49,112 nucleotides of DNA, taken from positions 1 through 49,112 of the forward strand of contig CAZWVR010000004.1 of NCBI GenBank assembly GCA_964637235.1. Reading direction: 5' to 3'. This document shows positions 42,649 through 49,112 of this stretch, piece after piece. The position numbers were made by a program, and so were the translations under genes. The stretch's first letter is position 1, and each line of letters begins with the position of its first letter. The notes under the pieces are model-generated. The model saw only the letters and a program-made list of their open reading frames with translations. It had not been told where the DNA came from and did no database searches. The stretch comes from an uncultured Bacteroidales bacterium (lineage in GTDB: Bacteria; Bacteroidota; Bacteroidia; Bacteroidales; S143-33).

Positions 42649-43863
42649 ATGATTGAATTTGTTACAGATAAAAAATTTGATTTTAAAGATATTATTAAGG
42701 TAATTGGTGTCGGAGGAGGTGGCACCAATGCAGTAAATAATATGTATCGTTCTGGCATTGAGCAAGTTAGCTTTGTTGTATGTAATACTGACCGTCAATC
42801 TTTGGATAATAGCCCTGTTCCTATAAAGATACAATTAGGGGTAAGTTTGACAGAAGGTTTAGGTGCCGGTAATAATCCTACACATGGTATGAATGCAGCA
42901 CGTGAAGCACAAGAGGAACTGCGAGAAATGATGGACGGGGCAAAAATGGTATTTATAACAGCTGGTATGGGAGGTGGTACCGGTACCGGTGCAGCACCTG
43001 TAATTGCCCAAATCGCTAAAAGTTTGAATATCTTGACAGTAGCAGTAGTCACTATCCCATTCTCTTTTGAAGGAGAAAAACGTATTCGCCAGGCAATTGA
43101 CGGTATGCGTCAATTACAGCAGTATGTTGATGCTATGATAGTTATTGATAATAACAAAATTTTAGACCTGTATGGAGATTTAGGTATATCTGAGGCTTTT
43201 GCTAATGCAGATTCCGTTTTGCTCGATGCTGTAAAAAGTATCGCAGAAATTATTACTGTACCGGGTTATATAAATGTGGATTTTGCTGATGTCCAAACTG
43301 TCCTTACTAATAGTGGAGTCGCAATTATGGGTAGTGCACTCGGTAAAGGCAAGGATAGAGCACTTGAAGCTGCTAAAAAATCTATTAACTCTCCTTTGCT
43401 TAATATTGATAATTTTTCTGGGGCAAAAAAATTATTGGTTAATATAACTCACCCCAATAAATTTACAACTAGCGAGATGCATACAATTATTACATATTTA
43501 CAAGATGAACTCGGTAAAAATAGAGCTGATATTATTTGGGGTAATGTTAAAGATGACAATATGGCGCAGGATGAAGTTAGAGTCACTGTTATCGCTACTG
43601 GTTTTAATGCTAATGTAATTCCTGACGTTGAGGAGATTTTACGTGATAAAAGAAAAGATATTACTGAAAAATATTTTGATTATCAAGATGATATTAAATC
43701 TGAGCAAGAGTGGGAAACTATTATAATGAAAACTATTAAAGCTCAAAAATTGCAGTATATAGAAAATTATACTGAACCAAATATTATAAGAAAGTTTTCC
43801 GAAGAACCGGCTTATCTCCGTTTGAATATGGGAGAAAGCTTCTTTTTAAAAAGTGATAACTAA
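42649..43863 (+). CDS. ftsZ: cell division GTPase FtsZ
   Basis: Tubulin signature GGGTGTGAAPVIA, GVGGGGTNAV, NTD..L, and a C-terminal conserved peptide (EEPAYLR). Confidence 0.95.
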   Translation: MIEFVTDKKFDFKDIIKVIGVGGGGTNAVNNMYRSGIEQVSFVVCNTDRQSLDNSPVPIKIQLGVSLTEGLGAGNNPTHGMNAAREAQEELREMMDGAKMVFITAGMGGGTGTGAAPVIAQIAKSLNILTVAVVTIPFSFEGEKRIRQAIDGMRQLQQYVDAMIVIDNNKILDLYGDLGISEAFANADSVLLDAVKSIAEIITVPGYINVDFADVQTVLTNSGVAIMGSALGKGKDRALEAAKKSINSPLLNIDNFSGAKKLLVNITHPNKFTTSEMHTIITYLQDELGKNRADIIWGNVKDDNMAQDEVRVTVIATGFNANVIPDVEEILRDKRKDITEKYFDYQDDIKSEQEWETIIMKTIKAQKLQYIENYTEPNIIRKFSEEPAYLRLNMGESFFLKSDN

Positions 43864-43913
43864 TACTGTTCTAATTTTTTGCCTTAAAGTATTATTCTAT
43901 CTAAAAGTTAGAA

Positions 43914-44528
43914 ATGAAAATAATAGCAATTGGTCAGAACTATATAGATCATATTAAAGAAATGGGAGCTTCAATCCCTACCCAGCCAGTATTTTTCCTG
44001 AAACCAGAAACTGCATTATTGAGGAATAACCAGCCTTTTTATTATCCTGAATTCTCTAATGAAATCCATTACGAAGTAGAGTTGGTTATCCGAATTTCTA
44101 AAATGGGTAAGTATATTCATAAACAGTTTGCTCATCGTTATTTTGATGAGATAGGAATAGGAATAGATTTTACTGCAAGAGATATACAAAGAGAAGCTAA
44201 ACAGAAAGGTTTGCCGTGGACAAAAGCCAAAGCTTTTGATTTTTCTGCTCCTGTTAGTCCTAAATTTTTGCCTAAAACTACTTTTAAGAGCCTTTCGGAT
44301 ATAAATTTTAGATTAGAATTAAATGGCAAAATTGTTCAGAAGGGCAATACTGCAAATATGCTTTTTGATTTTGAAACCCTTATTTCTTATGTTTCTCAGT
44401 TTATTACCTTCAAAAGCGGTGATTTAATATTTACAGGAACTCCTTCGGGTGTGGGAGAAGTAAAACCCGGCGATAGATTGCAGGCATATATTGAGGATAT
44501 CTTGCTATTGGATTTTGAGGTTAAGTAA
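43914..44528 (+). CDS. fumarylacetoacetate hydrolase (FAH) family protein
   Basis: 204-aa ORF. IIAIGQNY..H, FLKP, YEVELV, GIDFTARD, W..AK.FD and TGTPSGVG motifs fit the short FAH/YcgM-like family. Confidence 0.8.
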   Translation: MKIIAIGQNYIDHIKEMGASIPTQPVFFLKPETALLRNNQPFYYPEFSNEIHYEVELVIRISKMGKYIHKQFAHRYFDEIGIGIDFTARDIQREAKQKGLPWTKAKAFDFSAPVSPKFLPKTTFKSLSDINFRLELNGKIVQKGNTANMLFDFETLISYVSQFITFKSGDLIFTGTPSGVGEVKPGDRLQAYIEDILLLDFEVK

Positions 44529-44531
44529 TCT

Positions 44532-46565
44532 CTATTTGAATTTCTCAAAATATATCTGTTTTTTATCTGTTTGTATAAATGCAATCTCTATTAGTTTGTT
44601 ATCCGATAATAGGGGAATTATAATAGTTTTTTCAGTGCTGAATATTTTACCACATGAATAGAGACGGCTTATTGGATATATTTTACTAATTTTCCCGTGT
44701 CTATTTACTACAATAGCCATTAAACCTGAATATATTTTATCCTGAAATTTTTCTGTTTGGGCATTCGTAAATATGAAATAGCTATTGTCTATAAATTCAA
44801 TATGTTTTATTTCTCCTTCTATTTTAACATTCCCTGTTTTTGTCAGAGTATCTTGATATTCATATAAACTGAGTAAACTGCTATCTTGATTTGATCGTGT
44901 TATAAAATAAAATGATTTTTTGTTTGTATCCTGATAGAAATATATGATATTTTTATCAAAATTGAAGTTTAGAATTTGAGAAAACTCATTATTTCCTGTT
45001 ATTATAATATAGTTTGTCGTTTTTTTCAATAGAGCTGTAATACCAAGCCTATATTTTTGACAATATACAAAATGATAGTTTTTAAGTCCGGGATATATAA
45101 AATTACAACTGCTATCTATTTCTACAGCAATGAAAGGCTCTGTGTATAAAGATGATTTTTTTTCATATCCGCATAGAAACCTCTGTTGCTTATTGTGTAT
45201 AATTTTTACTATATATTTGCCATTGGGCATATTTGAAACTGCTGTATTGTAGTTTTGTATTATTTTTAATTCCTTAGCACAAGGATTTGTGTCATTTTTT
45301 ATATAGTTTTCATATAGTTGTTTAATTGTCGTTTTTAGAGTATCGTATAGTGATATAATTATTGCTTTTTGTTCTTTTGGATAGTGCTGCAAATTTGTAT
45401 AGCTACCATAGAATTTAGCGAAAAATTTTTGATATTTTTTGTAGTTTATTGGAGTGATTTTCTGTGCTGTTAAAATTAGGTAGTTTTGGGCGGTATCATA
45501 TTTTTGTTTAACAATTAAAAAATATTGAATACCTTCTTGTAGGTAGTTATAATTTTTGAGTTTTTCTGTGAAATATAATAGTTGTGCTTTTATAAGTTCA
45601 AATTTTAAAAGAGGAATAATCACCGAATTTGGATCTGTTTTATTTATTTGAGTAATTAGCGGATTGAGATTTATTATAGGTATAGAGTTAAGAGTATCAG
45701 CATATTTTTGTAGTGTTTTCAGCAGAATATATTTTTCTTCAATCAATTGTTTCATATTTGCGATTTCATTGTCTAATTTGGAAGTTATTTTTTTTGCCCA
45801 TTCTTTGTAATCTAATATGCTGATCGTGTCTGAGCAGAATCTTATTGTATGTATTTTTTCGGGGTATTTTTGAATATGAAGCAGTTTTAATGTTGGTGTT
45901 TTGCCATTGGTTATATTGCTGTAATTTATTTTATAGAATTCGAAGAAATAAAGGCAGGAATCAAATTCAGATATAAGTTTTTGTAAAATAGGCTTAGTCG
46001 TTTCTCTTGGAGCTAAAATTAAATTGGTATATACAGGGTATTTTTGTGTAAGTATTATGTATAAACTGTCTGCTATTGAGTAGTGTAATTTAAAATAATT
46101 AAAGTTTTCTATAACCTTTTGAAGTCTTTCGGAATATATTCTAAAATTTTTGTATTTTATTTCCATATAGTTTATAACTACTTCATTATTAAGCTTTTTT
46201 ATTTTTGAAAGTTCAGGAATATTTTTAAAGTATTTTTTATTTTTTTTGACGCATAATTTTTTATTTTTCAATATATTAAGGCTTAAAGGGAAGTATTTCC
46301 TTCCATAAGTTAGATAAATTTTGATTTTATTTATATTCTGGGTTATTGGTTTTAATTCTTTTATTCTTTGAAAACTAAGCAATGAAATTTGTATATATGC
46401 ATTGCAATTAGGGTCTGTTGTATTACTAATGTATTTGGCTAATATTAAAATAGCAGTATCTTTGGGAGATGTTGTTATTTTTTTATATACATCGCTATAT
46501 GCTATTTTCTGTCCTTTTGCGATATATGCGTTTAGTAGAAGTAATATTAGTATAATTTTTTTCAT
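44532..46565 (-). CDS. hypothetical secreted protein (677 aa)
   Basis: Signal peptide (KIILILLLLNAYIAKGQ). The composition is Lys/Ile/Asn/Tyr-rich and I saw no recognisable motifs. It overlaps the upstream gene by 4 nt, so it is probably co-transcribed. Confidence 0.5.
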   Translation of the reverse strand: MKKIILILLLLNAYIAKGQKIAYSDVYKKITTSPKDTAILILAKYISNTTDPNCNAYIQISLLSFQRIKELKPITQNINKIKIYLTYGRKYFPLSLNILKNKKLCVKKNKKYFKNIPELSKIKKLNNEVVINYMEIKYKNFRIYSERLQKVIENFNYFKLHYSIADSLYIILTQKYPVYTNLILAPRETTKPILQKLISEFDSCLYFFEFYKINYSNITNGKTPTLKLLHIQKYPEKIHTIRFCSDTISILDYKEWAKKITSKLDNEIANMKQLIEEKYILLKTLQKYADTLNSIPIINLNPLITQINKTDPNSVIIPLLKFELIKAQLLYFTEKLKNYNYLQEGIQYFLIVKQKYDTAQNYLILTAQKITPINYKKYQKFFAKFYGSYTNLQHYPKEQKAIIISLYDTLKTTIKQLYENYIKNDTNPCAKELKIIQNYNTAVSNMPNGKYIVKIIHNKQQRFLCGYEKKSSLYTEPFIAVEIDSSCNFIYPGLKNYHFVYCQKYRLGITALLKKTTNYIIITGNNEFSQILNFNFDKNIIYFYQDTNKKSFYFITRSNQDSSLLSLYEYQDTLTKTGNVKIEGEIKHIEFIDNSYFIFTNAQTEKFQDKIYSGLMAIVVNRHGKISKIYPISRLYSCGKIFSTEKTIIIPLLSDNKLIEIAFIQTDKKQIYFEKFK

Positions 46566-47080
46566 TTTACATTAAAGGTAACAGTTGTTTTATCATAGTA
46601 AAATTCAAATGGTTTTTGAATGGAATTGTAAGTAAAAATAAGTAGATTTTTTTGATCTCTATATAAATCTGTCATAAGACTGTTAACAATTTTAACAGTT
46701 GTAAATTTTTTAGGGTATTTTATTTTATAATTAAGCCATATTGTCAGGTCTTTTATTTCTCTGGAAATTAGCTTGTAATGTTTTAATTCAATTTTTTTAT
46801 TATCTGGCAATATATTGAGATGTGAGTATATGTATTTGTTGATATATGTATTTGCGTCTTTTCTCTCTTGGGGGGTACCCAGATTTAAGTTTACTTTATA
46901 ATTTTGATATATGATTTTTTGAAAGTCATCTACGAATAGTCTTATAGACACATTAAAATTTTTTTTCTTATATTCAATATTTACGACGGAAAGATGTACA
47001 GGATGACAGGATTGGACTATTTTGGGTTGTTTATGAAATATTAAGAATAAATAGCTACTAAAAATAATAGAGGTAAGCAT
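46562..47080 (-). CDS. DUF6702-like protein
   Basis: The start at the ATG at 47080 (MLTSIIFSSYLFLIF) gives a signal or anchor segment followed by HPVHLSVVNIEY, a motif I associate with DUF6702 proteins that sit next to HupE/UreJ-like genes. The family assignment is from memory. Confidence 0.45.
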   Translation of the reverse strand: MLTSIIFSSYLFLIFHKQPKIVQSCHPVHLSVVNIEYKKKNFNVSIRLFVDDFQKIIYQNYKVNLNLGTPQERKDANTYINKYIYSHLNILPDNKKIELKHYKLISREIKDLTIWLNYKIKYPKKFTTVKIVNSLMTDLYRDQKNLLIFTYNSIQKPFEFYYDKTTVTFNVK

Positions 47081-47137
47081 TTTTTTATAGTTTTGAGTGA
47101 TTTTTATTTGGTAAAGATATAAAAAAATAAAGAAAAA

Positions 47138-47731
47138 ATGAGCATATTTAGTTTTTATTTGAAACTTGGTATAACACACATTTTAAATTTAGAAGCCTTA
47201 GACCACATATTATTTATTGCAGCGCTTGTAGCTGTTTATATGATAAATGATTGGAAAAAAATTATTTTTCTTGCTACTGCTTTTACAATAGGACATACTA
47301 CAACTCTGGCATTGGCAACTTTAAATATTATCAGAGTACCATCTGCTTTAATAGAATTTTTGATAGCAGCAACAATTTTTTTAACGGGCTTTGGTAATCT
47401 TTTTAAGATAAAAGAGGAATTCTCTAAACCGCTGCATAATATTAAGTATCTAATTGCTATGTTTTTTGGGTTAATACACGGTATGGGCTTTTCTAATACT
47501 TTGCGTTATATGTTAGGTATGGAGCAAAACCTTTGGAAACCGCTTTTAGCTTTTAATATAGGCATAGAAATAGGGCAGATAATTTTGATAACTATTTTTT
47601 TGACAGTGGAGTTTATTTTAGTTCGTTATTTGAGGGTGAAACAAAGAGAGTGGAATTTAGTACTTTCTGGAATGGCTATGGGCGTTTCTCTTTTAATGAT
47701 GTTAGAAAGATATTCTGCAGCTTTTTCGTAA
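47138..47731 (+). CDS. HupE/UreJ-family membrane protein
   Basis: 197-aa ORF with ~6 TM helices. The N-terminal LKLGITHILNLEALDHILFI and the GHTTTLAL and GLIHGMGFS motifs are typical of the HupE/UreJ_2 family. Confidence 0.65.
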   Translation: MSIFSFYLKLGITHILNLEALDHILFIAALVAVYMINDWKKIIFLATAFTIGHTTTLALATLNIIRVPSALIEFLIAATIFLTGFGNLFKIKEEFSKPLHNIKYLIAMFFGLIHGMGFSNTLRYMLGMEQNLWKPLLAFNIGIEIGQIILITIFLTVEFILVRYLRVKQREWNLVLSGMAMGVSLLMMLERYSAAFS

Positions 47732-47836
47732 TTATTCTGTCAATATGTCTTGTTTTATGTCAATTTGTTTTTATTTTTATATAGGTATTGCTTTTGATAA
47801 TAGATAGTTGAAGTTTAACATTAAAAAATTGGAACG

Positions 47837-48778
47837 ATGAAACGATTAAGTATTGTATTTTTGGTCATTTTTTCATTTTTATTTTCAGCATGCAATAATG
47901 GAACAGAAAAAAATGAGCATGCAACTGAACCGGCGATGAAGCCGATAGATACTCTTATGATGTCTCAGGACACAGTGAATGCCTATATAGGCAAAATGAT
48001 GGATGCTTATGTGCAATTAATATCAAACGAGGCATTTAAAGATTCTACGGTTCTTAATACTTTGGCTGAAACTCGTAATGTTTTGTATCAGATTTCAAAA
48101 GGTAATTATGATCAAGCTAAAACAGATTTGAGTGTATTGATAGGCGAATTAGAAGTAGCATTGACACGTAATCCTCAGGCTGCTCTTATTCCTATTGCAG
48201 TGAATTACCATAAGCTTGAAACCGTAGATAATATTGATACTGTAAGAAATATTATTAAACTTGCTAAAAAGGCATTTAAGGATGGATATTACCAACTTAG
48301 TAAGCATCTATTGAATACTATTACGAGTGAGATGATTATAACCACTACTTATTTGCCTATCTCAGCTTATTTACAAAGTATGAAGCAAGCTGCTGTTTTA
48401 TTGGATGAGAAAAAATATGATGAGGCTACTGTAATTTTAGTCCAAAGTCTTAATACCGTTGTCAATACGGATGTATCTATTCCTTTGCCGATAGTAAAAG
48501 CTCAGGTTTATATAGATTGGGCTAGTAATTTAGACGTTAAAAAAGATTCTACTGAAGTTATCAATTTGTTGGATAATGCAATGTATCAGATTAAGCTTGC
48601 AGAAGAAATGGGATATGGTAAACACGATCTTGAATATAAAGAACTATACGATGCTATCAAAACTTTAAAGCATTCTGTGGAAAATAAGGAAGATACCAAA
48701 AATAAGTTTAGCGGACTGAAAGACAAATTAGAGAAGTTCAGGAAAAGATTGTTCCCAATTAAAAAGTCAGAAAAATAA
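47837..48778 (+). CDS. YfdX-like helical lipoprotein
   Basis: Lipobox (FLFSACN). The segment YLPISAYLQSMKQAAVLLDEKKYDEATVILVQSLNTVV aligns by eye with E. coli YfdX [39 protein letters not shown]. An earlier segment (RNVLYQISKGNYDQAKTDL) parallels VARLALFHGDPEKAKEL. Confidence 0.5.
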   Translation: MKRLSIVFLVIFSFLFSACNNGTEKNEHATEPAMKPIDTLMMSQDTVNAYIGKMMDAYVQLISNEAFKDSTVLNTLAETRNVLYQISKGNYDQAKTDLSVLIGELEVALTRNPQAALIPIAVNYHKLETVDNIDTVRNIIKLAKKAFKDGYYQLSKHLLNTITSEMIITTTYLPISAYLQSMKQAAVLLDEKKYDEATVILVQSLNTVVNTDVSIPLPIVKAQVYIDWASNLDVKKDSTEVINLLDNAMYQIKLAEEMGYGKHDLEYKELYDAIKTLKHSVENKEDTKNKFSGLKDKLEKFRKRLFPIKKSEK

Positions 48779-48800
48779 TGTGAATTAAGTTATTTTACTA

Positions 48801-48840
48801 AGGGCGTCTAAAAAGGCGCCCTTTGTTTATTTTTTTATTT
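48801..48840 (+). terminator. intrinsic terminator
   Basis: AGGGCGTC-TAAAAA-GGCGCCCT (8 bp, one G-U pair), followed by TTGTTTATTTTTTTATTT. Confidence 0.8.
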
Positions 48841-48915
48841 TTCAGCTTTTACCATAAAAATTTTTTCTAAATGTCATAAAAATTCTTGATTTTTTGGAGA
48901 GCTCTTTTTTGGACA

Positions 48916-49112
48916 TTATTTTATAAATAATTGCATTCCTACACCGCCTTCTATATATCCTTTTGTATTTATGTCGATGGTACTTTTAGCTTCTTCGAAC
49001 TTTTCTTGTATGATTTTTTTAGCTTTCTCACCAGAGCAATGCGTTGGTGTTATAATGTCTGTTTTTAGTTTTTCTACGACGTTTTTGATATAAGCTTCGC
49101 TTTGTTTGAATA
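48916..49112 (-). CDS. 3' end of a gene running off the window (possibly an MBL-fold hydrolase)
   Basis: My own reverse-strand translation reads ..FKQSEAYIKNVVEKLKTDIITPTHCSGEKAKKIIQEKFEEAKSTIDINTKGYIEGGVGMQLFIK*. The PTHCSG segment resembles the late His/Cys motif of some metallo-beta-lactamase-fold proteins. This ORF is not in the supplied track. Confidence 0.3.
   Translation of the reverse strand, partial: FKQSEAYIKNVVEKLKTDIITPTHCSGEKAKKIIQEKFEEAKSTIDINTKGYIEGGVGMQLFIK

Overview
The window is AT-rich and looks like chromosomal DNA from a Bacteroidota organism. Three things support this: type IX secretion markers (a PorQ-like gene and a cargo protein with a T9SS C-terminal sorting domain), TAnnTTTG -7 promoter boxes close to several starts, and a tmRNA whose tag ends in YALAA. 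All product calls come from motifs I could read in the supplied translations; no searches were run.

Contents, left to right:
- A + strand redox cluster: two thioredoxins, a Trx-fold/glutaredoxin fusion and a groES with no groEL.
- A - strand operon: porQ, a membrane protein with MORN repeats, and a flavoprotein disulfide-reductase homolog that has lost both redox cysteines.
- An LRR lipoprotein followed by a 1333-aa RecQ-like helicase with a degenerate P-loop.
- kbl and an AlaDH/PNT-family dehydrogenase.
- ssrA (tmRNA), followed after 15 nt by an 838-aa secreted Gly/Tyr-rich protein and a 2028-aa BNR/FN3/GEVED T9SS cargo protein.
- rplY-pth-hslR.
- aroB and a TetR-MMPL-START-LolA-like-OM-barrel cassette.
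- A fabH-like gene, then parE and a partial dcw cluster (murG, lipoprotein, murC, ftsQ, ftsA, ftsZ).
- An FAH-family hydrolase, a DUF6702-like/HupE pair, a YfdX-like lipoprotein and a partial MBL-fold gene at the right edge.

The most unusual signals:
1. Two ~250-nt GC-rich noncoding elements (25976-26226 and 33047-33302) are reverse complements of each other. They share a ~55-nt near-identical core and show compensatory stem changes. They bracket the aroB and lipid-export cassette.
2. That cassette itself is a candidate trans-envelope lipid export system.
3. The LRR lipoprotein and giant RecQ-like pair.

I recognised no CRISPR array, transposase, integrase, rRNA or tRNA.
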